This document shows, in pieces, positions 1 through 12,500 of a stretch of 64,000 nt of DNA. This DNA comes from Pavona decussata. Its lineage: Eukaryota. The stretch covers positions 930,001 to 994,000 of the forward strand of contig CDRNST010000028.1 in the NCBI GenBank assembly GCA_977016875.1, in the 5' to 3' direction. The position numbers and the translations under genes were made by a program. The first letter of the stretch is position 1; every line of letters begins with the position of its first letter. The notes under the pieces were generated by a model. That model did no database searches. It was not told where the DNA came from and was given only the letters and a program-made list of their open reading frames with translations.

Positions 1-577
1 AGCGAACGATTTTGTAACCCGGAGTTTTTTACTTCTGGCAATCTGTGTAGTTTACCACGCAAATAATACCACAAAAAATCGAAGTATATTGAAGGAAAAT
101 TCGTTTGACCAATCACAGCAAAGTATCATAACCTAGCTGACAGGCAATACGAATATTTTCCCAAGTCATATCCACCCTCCCCTTAAGATTTCTAGAAGCC
201 AATTGCCACAACCAATCTGACTTATAAATACCGGTCGGAATCTATGAGAGCTGCTGGCGCAGACCACAAAATCGTATTTGTTTTCCTCTTAAAATTCATG
301 GAAGGAGACGCGAAGCACCGAAAGGTGAACTCGCGAGGGGCATGTGGTCGGAAGCGTGGATTCTCACATGCGGGTCTCACACGGTCGCTCGCTCGCAGAA
401 TACCGCGCAAGTTTGTAAGACGGTCAAAACCAACGAACGGATTATTTTGCAGTTTACTACCAGCGAGCCACACGATACCAACCACTAATGGAAAGCAGTT
501 TACATTTTCAGACATGCTCAGGGTCAACACTGTCTGATAATAAATAATTAATTACAAGACAATCATTTTAAACTGAC

Positions 578-3500
578 CTGCTGATAATCAGAATCAACCT
601 TTTGCTGTGGCTTTTGAAATCCTTCCCTCTGTTCCACTTGTGCGCATGCCCCAGATGACTCTGTCAGTTCCTCTGGAACAGATGAAACCAATCCGTTCTC
701 ACCAGCGACAAGATCATGTGAGTTTTCAGTTTCCTCTCCAAATTGTACGCTAGGTTCAGGCCGAGACAAGTCATGTTCACCTCCCATGGTAAGGAAAGAA
801 TCGTCCCTCTTTTTGTGTTCATAATCTTTGTTAGAATCGTCATGTTGCTCTGAAATATTATCATCTGTTACTGGAGTCAATGGTGGCAAATCTCCTTCGC
901 TTCTAATTACTATTTCGCTTGAGCTAAATTCAGATTGGGAAATCACAGCGGTTTCAGCCTCCTTAAGATTCAACGCTTCTCCATTGCTTTGCAGTTCATC
1001 TTCAACACTTCCACCAGGCAACAAACCTATTTCTTCTAACTTGTTTTCATTTTCCTCTAGTGCAGGCTTTTCAGGTTCAGATTTACACACTGTGTTATAG
1101 TTCTCGTCCGTAGCACTGACACAATCAGGACTAGCGCTCGAAAAATCAATATTTGATTTCATGGTTTTGGATGTAGCGTTAAAACTTAGCGCTAAATCTT
1201 CGGAGGAAACATCGTGTGTTACTTCCATGCCCAGACTTTTGTCTTGATGTACAGAATCTCTCAGCACGGGTGAATTTGGAGTAAACACAAACGAAGCCAA
1301 AAAGTCCTCATCAATTGGACGCTGCTTAGTTAACGATCTCGTTCTTCTCTGCGCGAAGGTAGCACGCGGAGATTTTTCGTCGGCACACACCCCTCCCTTT
1401 CGGGCCTTTTCTACGGCCAAGCTGAGCATTTCCGGATCTAGAAGTGCTGCCAAAGGTCTGCGGCTGTCACTCACAATGACATGTGCGTCTGCGGAGAAAC
1501 GCTTCAAGCCTAACGTTGGCGAAGAAGAGCCTGGACTGAGCGTGTCTTTATCTGGAGGCATTTCCTCAAACCCGCTGCTTTCTCCGCTGTTTTCTCTCGT
1601 TAAACGCTTGTCTGATGACTCGACATTTAATCCGGCTTCTGGATCCGTGGAGGACGATGATTCTTTCTCGTTGAAGTCTTCGTTCGTGATTTCCTCGAGT
1701 TCAAACGAATCTTGCACAAAAACACTTGCCACTTTCAAGTGCGCTGGGATCGGCAAACAAGGTGAAATGCCCATCGTGTCTTCGATTTGTTCACTTCCAA
1801 AGCCTACCGATGCATAGTTTTTGTTAGAATCACTAGCACTTGTCTCACCTTGGTGTATTTCTGCATTACAATCATTGAAATTCACTGCATCACACTCAGA
1901 GGATTTCTCTGAGTTACTTGTCGCAGCATCTTGAACACGAGACAAATCCGCTTCTTCTTTATCTTCTACAGTTACAATTATCAATGATTCATCTTTAGGT
2001 TTCTCGGCAACTTTAGTTTTTTTGAACTCATTCGATTCCAAGCCCTTGTCTCCGATTTCTATAACTGGTACACACGGTAACACTTCAGATTCCATGTTTG
2101 CTTGTTCCAAAGAATCCTCCCTTACTATAGTTCCTTCTTCGTTAGAAAGCTTCCTAGAAATCTTCGTCCGCACCGTCCCGCTCCCAACAGAGGAAACTTC
2201 AAGCTCTTCTGTAACTGGTTCCAAAAACATCCCCTTGGTCACGTGAGAAGGCTTGTTGAGCCTAAGGTGCCTCATCAAGTCAAACGAGTCCTCAGGGACC
2301 TCCTCAGGTTCGGAGATGAGGGGTACAGAGCTGTAACCTCCGCTAAGCACCGGGTTTACTGGTTCCGTGCAAGATGCGATGAACCTGAGCGGGATCCTGC
2401 TGGAACCTGGGTCCGACCATACTGGGGACTCTTGAGACTGGAGAGAGATGACAAGAAAGAGAACTTATTTAGTTTGAAAAATGACCGACATTTAAGTCCT
2501 TCGTAAAGTTAGCTAAAAGGAGGAAATTTTGATTATTGATAAACAAAAAGGATTTCATTCTCAGTGAAACAACACCGTACGTGACTCAAGATTCCGCTCT
2601 GAAAGTAAAGTGCATTTGTTACGTGGCAACTGTTTTTCTTCTTAGAAAATGTTGATAAACTAAACCAATATATACAATAACTCACTTGAAATGAAATTAA
2701 AATTTACACCCACGTTCAAAGAAGTGCACTCAAAACAACCTTCTAATTCTAATGCTCTTTGTTTGATTGACCAGTTAGTAGTTTAAATGACATCCAACAC
2801 GTTTCTTCACACGAAAAAATAGAAGCGGTTTTGAATAAATTATCGCAGCTCAGGGGTTGAAGGGACCTAACGCCGGACATTTTTGTACTAGGACTACAGG
2901 CAGCGTTGCCTGAAATAACATTTATAACATTTGTAACCTAATAAACGATTTTCATGTACACTAACTACCCTTCGGGCAAAGCCCTTTTTAATCCTGCAGT
3001 GAAGCAGCTCTCGCAAGCTTGTAATTGTTTTGATTGTGTAGCAACTGCTATCATTTTTAGGGTTGGGGGTACATACATACATAATCTTGATTTCATCTCG
3101 AATTTTAGAGTAGCTACAAAATTAGCTAATATCTCCGAGAAATAATAACGTTAACACAAACAAAACGATGCCAAAAAAGAGGGTATTGTTCTGTTATTTG
3201 TTCTATTGTTTTGTAGAAGAGCTGCAAGCCAATTACGTGAGACCTTATGAGCTGCTAAATCTCCCTAGAAACAATTCAATTCAATTCATTTATTTGCCAT
3301 TAACCAAAAAATACAACATAAATACATTAAAGATGAAACACAATATTCCTACTATTACAATATTCCGACTAAACTATTTACAAGATCAAATGTGTTAAAG
3401 GCTAGGAAGCCTATATAGAAGCCGGGGGCTTATTGACTATAGGCTTCCTGGAACCGGCCCCAACAGAGTCCCTTTCGATCCAAACTCGAACCTCAGTTTG

Positions 3501-6500
3501 CTCTTCGGGGAGAATACAATTTTGCATAGATTTGTCGCAACTTTGTGCCGATATTTATTTGGAAAAGCCAAACGTTCAGTTCAGTTCTTCAAAATAGATT
3601 TAGATTACGATCCCCTAAAGACAATTGTCCACCTACTTTCATGCGGTCGCACAACCACTTGTAGTCATTCAAACTGGTACTTAGTTAACTGACTTGACGC
3701 TGGATTCTATTTTTAAAACGTTACCAAGTAAGAGTTACTCAGGGTTTGGGGGTACTATTCTCACTGATGAAATTTCACACGTACTTACTTTCGGCAAATT
3801 GACGTGAGAGAACGAAACTAAAGCATTGCGAAATGTGTTCTTACGAACGCATTTCGCAACGCTTCATTTTCGTTCCTTCAGGACGTCATAGACCAAAGCC
3901 AAAAAATTTGAATTTTCTCGTTTTTCGTTACTATTTCGAAAATAAGAGTGGATACTACCACACTATCAGACTCGGTTACCTCGCCACAACTAGTATTCCT
4001 TCTGAATTGTTCTAAAGTGATTAATTTAGATAACTTAAGCAGCGACGACGGCAACGCAAACGAAAACGTCACTTGAAAATATTACTTTATTTAATTTGCG
4101 CTACTTCGCGATTATTTCAACTCGTTCAACTTTTACAGAAACGGCGAACTACCCAGGAACCAAATTGGTAGGAGTGGCGTTCAAGTTAACTGAGAATAGG
4201 AAATTCACCGTCGTGAACTGACGTTCAACACAGAACCTTGAATGTGGCCATTTCACGTTGCTGTTTTGCAGAGGACGGCAAAGAAATGTACCAAAATTAA
4301 AACGCGCACACAGAGCTGGTTAAACCTATTTTTTTGCGACGATGTCGTTGCTGTCGCCGTTGCCATTGCTTAATTTCCTCTCATAAATTCTAAACTGGCC
4401 AACGGTTCAAGCTGACTTCTACTCTTTCGAACTACCAAGGCATTCGTTTTCAATCATTTCGCGTCTAAAACAGTGACCTGTAACCTATATAAATTGATAA
4501 CTTCCTAATAATCAAATCAATTCTATCTCACCGGTGAACCGTAGACATCATCCTGATCCAAGCTTCGCCGAAACGACTCGACATTAATGCCACGCGCACT
4601 GGACGGTGTCTCAAGAAAACGATCAGGAATACGAGAGCGCATGTCCGGTTCAGCAAATCCCAGGTCAGCAAGAAACTCTTCCGGGTCCACGGTCATTGCG
4701 TTCAGCAGTGAAATGACGTCATGGGAAGTTCTTAAAAAGCACGCAAATTAGTCTTTGAATGAAGGTGATTAATTCTCAGTTTTGTTTCAAAATTCATACA
4801 TTGCGCAATTATCAGTTAACCCTTTAACCCCTAATATCAAAGAACAAATTCTCCTATCTTGTCCCCATACTTTTCTTATAAAAGTACTAGGAAGAAGCTA
4901 TTAAAATATCAATTGAAGAAAATTCACCTTGGGTGATCATATCCTAAATTCTCATGACCTCAGGGGTTGAAAAAGCATTGACGTTACAAGGAGAAATTTG
5001 ATGCTGATCACTGTTTGGGCTTAAAGGGTTAAGGCTGACGATCTAATTTGACGATTGACCAATTCTATAATCAGTAAAAAAATAAATCTAGTTTCCAGTT
5101 AGAAGTAGCCATTTCTGGGCTATCAGTTTTTATAAAATCTCCTAGCACGCGCCAGCAATGAAAATCAAGGGAACGCGACGCGCCTCCCTCGCAGCCGTTT
5201 TTAGTGCCGTCACGCAACGCTACAAAACAACTTAGTTGACAAACAAGCACGGCTGAATACGTGATTAGTTTGAGCCAATACAGCGCGTGCTCAATACATA
5301 TATACGTAACCGCTGATCAACCCGATAAGCCAACAACTAACAGCAACTACTAGGAAAATTACAAGCCTACTGCTGATGAACGTGTTTAGTTCGACTTGTA
5401 ATGTAATTGTTGTCACGTTTTTAGTTTCACGTCAGATCGGAAAATCAGTTGCAACAGTATATGGAGTAAGTGACACAGGCAAACTCGGGAAAAAAAATCC
5501 GAGTGCTCGTTTCAGGAGTCGAACCTAAGACCTTCCGATTACTAGTTCGGATGCTCTACCACTGAGCTACAGGAGACTCGTGGGAGCTAAGGCTATTAAA
5601 CTAGGTTCATGGGACAAACATTCTGCATACTCCTAAGATTGGAATGTCATGTGTGGCATATGCGCAATGGAATAAATATGATGGAATATTGACGTCATGT
5701 CACGTTTTTAGTTTCACGTCAGATCGGAATATCAGTTGTAACAGTACATCGAGGAAAATCGAAATATCACATAGTTTGCCCACGTTGAGATAAATTACAA
5801 GTCGCTCACTTGGCAGATTATATCAGAACACCAGAGACTAACATTCGATTCGATTAATTAAGTGTGGGCGTGTTACTAAACCAATCTACTATGGAAACTT
5901 ACTCTAAAAATTGACAACGCGGGACGCAATAGACTAGTGTTTTAAGTCAATACTGTAGATTCAGGAAATTTAATTTAAAAATAAACGATTTCGATGGTGA
6001 GTACTCTCCACATTTCGAAATGCTGGTTTTTGAGAAGAGAAAACCGGATTACCCGGAGAAAGACCCCATTGGAGCAAGCCGGGACAAGAGCCAGCAACAA
6101 ACTCAACCGACATATGACATCGAAAGCAAAAAAAGTATTCAACGTGGGATTACAAATTTTCAGGTGAAGGAATTCCTTTGTTTCTGTAGCATATGGCGAC
6201 TATAGCAGTACGACTAGCGCCTGCATAAGAAGTGCGTCAGTCACAGGGTACGGCGTATGCTGACTTCTGACGCAGACGAAGGGGTCTCCAAGTTGTGTAA
6301 AAAATCTCGAATGTGGAATCTATAGGAGGACTTGTAACCACCATTTCTTACACTGAAAACTCAAAAGCTTGTTACCTTAAAATTTGTTAATATTAACATA
6401 ATTCACAAGATAGCTTGCGCGCGCGTTTTTCCGGTATTCCACCATTTCTTGCTCTGAAAACTCAAAAGCTTGTTACCTTAAAAGTTGTCAGGCAGCATTA

Positions 6501-9500
6501 ATATAATTCACAACATAGCTTACGTACGCGTTTTTCCGGTATGCCATAGGTCACAAACTTCCTGAAGTTCCTTTCCCACAAGGAAGGAAAAAAAAAATTC
6601 AACGCTCTTCAAAACGGAAGACCATGTTAGCTATATGTGTTTAGTTCCAGCGTAAGGAATTTGTAGAGTCGACCAGAATAAACAAAAATAGAAGGTGTAA
6701 CAAAGCAGAGAGACAGGTTTAAATATTTGTAAAAAGAACGACAATGAACCACCCGTGAGTCATTTGGACAGCATCTCTTGTGGTGTATTGTATTACAAGC
6801 GTAGGTCAATATACAGTTACAGGCTCGACGTAGCAGACAAACAGTGTGAAAACAACAATCGAATTTTATCTCAGCTTTGAAATACTTCGTCAAAATTAAC
6901 ATTCAAACTGTTTACATCATTTTATTGCCACTTGTCTACTTAGTTTCTTTTTCGGTAACACGAGCTTCTTTATCAGTTTTGTCGAAGGAAAATCACGGTG
7001 ATGACTCGCACGTGCAAGACCGTCATTTTCGCCTTCAAACTAAATGAATAAATCGAAATGAGACAACGGACCATGACGAGCGAGTGTGTCCAAACTCAGA
7101 ATGAAAAAAAAAATTTTTTTTGAAAACAGTACAAAAATTAACGATGTGACAAGAAAGCCCTGCTTAGTAGCTTTCTTTTGAATGGCCATTTGAAGAATTT
7201 CGATTCTTTCACAGACGACAAAGTCAAACCACACCATACATGTATGTGGAGAGATTTGGAGAGTCACAATGTGGTACTACTCGGGCACTACTCTCTGGAC
7301 AGTATCAGAATATCGACATGAGTTCGTATGTCACAGATAACCAAAGCACAAAATAATTATCTACAATCGAACAGAAGAGGTCATGGATAAGGGGTGCTGG
7401 TGCTGCGTTGCTGGGGAGTAGAAACGAATGTTTGGTTTATCAACAGAGTTGATAACTAAAGGTAGATTCGAGTGCTGACGTTTGAAGCGTTAGCCCATCG
7501 TCAGTTACCGTCAGTTATCTACTCTGTTGATAAACCAAACAGAAGAAGAGATCATGGTTTAAAGCGCCATTCCAAGTCACCTGTTAGACTACTGTCTTTT
7601 TTCTCTGCGGTGTAGTGGAGCGAGCGAGCGAGCGCGAATAGGAACTAGGAAGCTTTAATAATGACAACGGCGACGGCAACGACAACGTAAAAAAAAAAGA
7701 ATAGGCTTAATTACCAAAACAATAACTCTGCGTGTGCATTACACTTTTTGGTACAATTCTTTGCCGTCACTGCACGACTAGGACGTGAAATTTCCTGATG
7801 GGACGTTTTATGGAGGACGTAAACACACGACGGCCACGAATTTTTCTTTCTCTTTCTAAACTTGGCTGCGGTCTCCAAGAATTCAACTCCAGGAAATTTC
7901 ACTTACATTTGACATTTAAAGGGAGTTGGAATAATTGCGACGACGTTTCAAAAATCGCGAATTCATTTTAATAGTGACGTTTTCGTTGCCGTCGCCGTCG
8001 TCGTTGCTAAAGCTCCCTACTTGAGCAGCGACGAAGGCAACGCCTGCTTCGCGATTAGTTTAAGTCGTTTAAAGGAACAGTATCACGCTATTTCTAGGGA
8101 CACATTGAAAATCGAAAAGACGCTATTCGGTTGATAGCAGCCAAGATATAATGACAAAATCCCATTAAAAGACTATCAGAATGCAAAGAAACTATCCACG
8201 GATATTTTCACCGGCAGATGACCAAGATTAAGAGAGGTTCAAATTTGAAAACGTCGGGCGGACGTTTTCAAATGTCGCTGTCGTAACGCACTAAAAATCG
8301 CCGGTTGTACTATATTTTGGTTCAACCTTTCCTCTTGGAATCACTATTAATATTCTTTAAATTATTGATTTAAAATTAATTAACACAGTGTTCAAAGTTT
8401 AAATTTAGTTAATTTTGGCCAAAAATCACGATATCTCCCATGATACTGCCCCTTTAACTTTTACAGAAACTGCGAACTACCCAGGAACCAAATTAGTAGG
8501 AGTAGCGTTCAAGTTAAGAAAGAGAATGAAAAATTCACTATCGAGTGCTCATGTTCTCCGCAAAACCTTAATTTGTTCATTTCACGTTGTTGTTTTGCAG
8601 AGGACGACAACGAAATGTACCAAAATGTAAAACGCACGTGCAGAGCGATTGTTTTTGCTCTTTTAACTTGTTTTGCGGCATTATCGTCGTTGCTTAAGTT
8701 CCCTACCAAAGGGACGCGACATGTAGTGGTGGAGAGAAAATCAGAGGTTAAAGTATAGCCACTGTACTGTTGTTATGCGTTACTCCTCACCACGGAAAAT
8801 TCGGACTGGCTCTTTCTTGGAATTTTATGAGTGTCAATAATCTGTAAACAAGACGCTAGCCGCTGTCAACACCAGATTTAACAACAAAAGGTTTCATATA
8901 TCGATTACTTTGCATGCCATCAAAGAAGCTAATAAATCCTTTTATCCCTTCCTTTAAATGTTTACATTAATTTTATAACCCTCCACTCTCAGTCATGGGA
9001 GGTGATTTTCACGAGCACTCGCTTATTTCGCCCGCACTTAGCATACACGACTTGAGACACTGAAAAAATTACGTTGGTTTTAAAGGGGCAGTATCATGGG
9101 ACATATCATGATTTTGGGCAAAAATTCACTAAATTTAAACTTTGAACATTGTGTTTATTAATTTCTAAATCGCTAATTTAAAGAAATATTAAAAGTGATT
9201 CTTCTGAGACGAAAGGTTGAACCAAAATATAGTACAACCAATTTTTAGTGCGTTACGACAGCAAAACTTGAAAACGTTGCCCCGACGTTTTCAAATTTGA
9301 ACCCATTTTTATTTTGGTCATCTGCCGGCAAAAATATCCGTGGATAGTTTCTTTCGATTCTGATAAACTTTTAATGAAATTTTGGTCATTATATCTTGGC
9401 TGCTATCAACCGAATAGCGTGTTTTCGATTTTCAATGTTTTACTAAAAATAGCGTGATACTGTCGCTTTAATGCTGATGCTTAGACGCCAGAAAGGGAAA

Positions 9501-12500
9501 CATTCAACTTGCAAGTGACGTGTTCGAATTATTTCATTGACGCCGGCGATTGTGATGTTAAAGTTCAGTTCAGAGCAGGTGGAGTTCTAAAAAGTAAAGA
9601 AGGAAGGCCTTTGGAGACTGGGTGCTCGTCCCAGGACCCTTGGCAGGTTTCTTTTACAGGTCATTGGTCACAACTGCATGTCACCATGACAACAGTATAT
9701 AAACAAGCTAAACAGGGTCCCCTAACTATAACCCCATACTACAACGCTAATTCAGGCCTTGGGCACACTAACCCTCTTGGTTATACAGGTGCTTCGACAA
9801 AGGTTGGCCAAAAAAGCGTAAAAGCGTACGCGACAATGCCGAAAGGTTGTCTGGGAAATACCCAATAAATTTCAATCAAAGCTCAGAATCCATATTGTCC
9901 GCCATCTCAAGTTTTCGCTGTACGGTCGAGGACAACCTTCGTCGAAACAGCTGTATACCAGTACAACAGTGACATGTACTCGTGACCTGTAAAAAACAGT
10001 TGTCCCAGGGCCATGTTCTCATTACCTAAAATCATGTTCTCGTTCATCAATTTAGTGCCCACCATTCTGCTTACTGCAATGAGGTATAGGTTAATAGCAC
10101 AGGACCTGACAAAATCCTATTCAGACCAGTACCCATGTCAAGGAACGGTGCCCGAGTACTACCCCATGAGGTATTGCCCGTGCCCAGGCATGTTGCTGAG
10201 ATTTTTGTTCAGGCAGCAAAGGAAAGCTTTGTTCAGACAAGTACCCATGCCTGAGAACTGGAGCTGGGCACTTACATGTACAATAACATGTAATCTTAAT
10301 GAGGCCTTATACTGGTAACTGAAAGGAAAGAAATCTACCTGCTACAATCAGAGAAGTCAGATGTCAGGCTGTCAGAGCTATCAAGTCTTCCCACATGAGC
10401 CAGCTTTTTAATGATCCTGTGATCTCTTGGGACTCCTAAGCTCTCAGCAGATGATTCATAATGAAACCTGGTACAGTGTATAAAAGTGAAATGCATTATA
10501 ATAAAAATTATAATAATATACTTGATTATCCTCTCCCCAATAGGAGCTTTTCAGGAATAATGACACAAACAGGAAGAAACTGAGGGTTGTCCAGTACACT
10601 CGAAATAAGCCAAATTGTCTAAGGACGGGGTAGATTTAACTCACCGGAAGTCGTGTCGTGAGAAAAAAATGCATAGGTTGTTATGGAGGGCTAGAAATGT
10701 TGGCAAACAGAGAAAGGTGAGGTTCATTGTTTTTTGTTAGATGATTGTACATGCTTTAAGGAAGGTGACTCCATATAGTTATTTGGCGCGTGGTGACTGG
10801 GTACTAAAATGGAGCGAGCGCACACAGTTTCTAACTGATACGCGAATTTTGATTATGCTGGTGCGCGAAACAAGGGCAGTGTTAGGCTGAAAATTAAGGC
10901 TATTTTAATGAGTTTTCCATGGTGAATTTGTTCTGAAAATTGGCTCAATGTTAGGATTTAGCTGGTATTTGTACTCCCAAAAATCTTAGGGAGAATTTTA
11001 CATGGACAACTGCAATAAATGGCAAAAACGAAAAATGCAGAAATTGGCCAAACGTATGTACAGAATTTGTTTTGACTTTACAAGGAGATACTTTGGAGTT
11101 TCTCTCTTCTTTACAAAAAAAAAAAAAAAAAAACAGCAAAAAATTTACCGCGCGAAATTCGGCAAACCCGTTTCAAAATTAGCTAGGAGTGATGGAATCA
11201 ACAGATGTATCATATGCTGGTTGCCATGGAAACGTGGTTTACTAGTTAAAACGGTGTTTTTAGCAAAGGTGCAAGGCCTTAGGTACTTGAAACTATGTTT
11301 GAACCCAGACAATTTCACAGGGCTGAAAGAACCAGAACATCAAGAAAAATATATATCACCAACAGCGAAAACTGAAGAAATGGTATAGAGCCACCTTAAG
11401 TATGAGAAAGGTTTTTGTTGTTGCCCTAATAATTTTGCGACGTGACTTCCAGTGAGTTGAATCCTCTGGGCTTATAGACGACTTGACTCAGGTCGGGTGC
11501 ATTGAACATTGGCTATTTACAAGCACAGCCAAGGAGTTGAACTCAAGGATACTAAGAAACAACTGCAGCCAGCTGACTGCACCCAAACCACTCAGCCGGC
11601 ATGCTGCCTCCCTCTGCATGCATGAATATTATAGTAGAATTAAGCCCAGCAAAAGCGCTGAAAATAACTAAACAATAAGTCGGCTAACCAGTTGTAAGGA
11701 TATCATCAACCCTTTCCACAGTGATTATGTATAGGTATGATAACATCCTCAGCGACTGGCCAAGGTTAATAAATTTGTCAGGCCGAAGACCTGAGCGGAG
11801 CTAAGCTGCGTGAATTCGAGCGAAAAAAAATATGCTATATTTTTCCTTGATGGAATATCTTATTGCATCTGATGTAGGAAGGACACACTCCTTAAATGCA
11901 GATTGGAGTCCAGATTGTATTGGACGATCAACAAATAAATGGATCTTGGGACTTGTATCTGGCATCCCCTGGGATCAATACCATCAAACACACTCCCTCA
12001 TCTTAGATTATTACTAGTTGGTATTACTTATAGAGCTGTTGTAAATCGATTGGCAATAGTAATTCGCATAATTTGCTTTGGTTTTGCTTTGCTGCACTCT
12101 GTGATTGGCTAGATTATTTATGCCCTGCTCGCAATCGTTTTCTTGTTTTTAATGGAATTCTGATTGGTTCATTGTGCTGTTTGTATTTGTTGTGATTGGT
12201 CAGACCAATAATTATTACATAATTGGTAAAATAATAAAATGCAAAAAAAGAGGAATAAATAAACAGGGCCTTTCTTAAGAAACCTACATGTAGGTTTCTA
12301 AGGCTTGGTTCAGACGCCGTACTTCACATGAGCCCAATGGAATTAGAGTTTAGACGGACCCAAAATTAATTATTAATCCCGGCTGAATTGATTCAGACGC
12401 TGAACTTAATTCAGCCAAAATTAATACAATGAAGCATATTACTACTGAAGAAAATTGCAGATTTGTAATAATTTGTGCATTTGATTCAGCTTATGTGAAG

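Noticed and set aside
222-533. ORF 222-530 as the next ITPRID exon
   Set aside because: It would need a 44-nt intron, the sequence looks repeat-derived, and no family motif is present. Not excluded, but unsupported.
828-2506. Plus-strand ORFs overlapping the large ITPRID exon (likewise those antisense to the GT31 and transposon genes)
   Set aside because: Antisense shadows of real coding sequence.
5510-5572. tRNA-Thr(AGT) gene
   Set aside because: It lacks a proper acceptor stem and is embedded in a longer multi-copy repeat, so it is treated as SINE-like.
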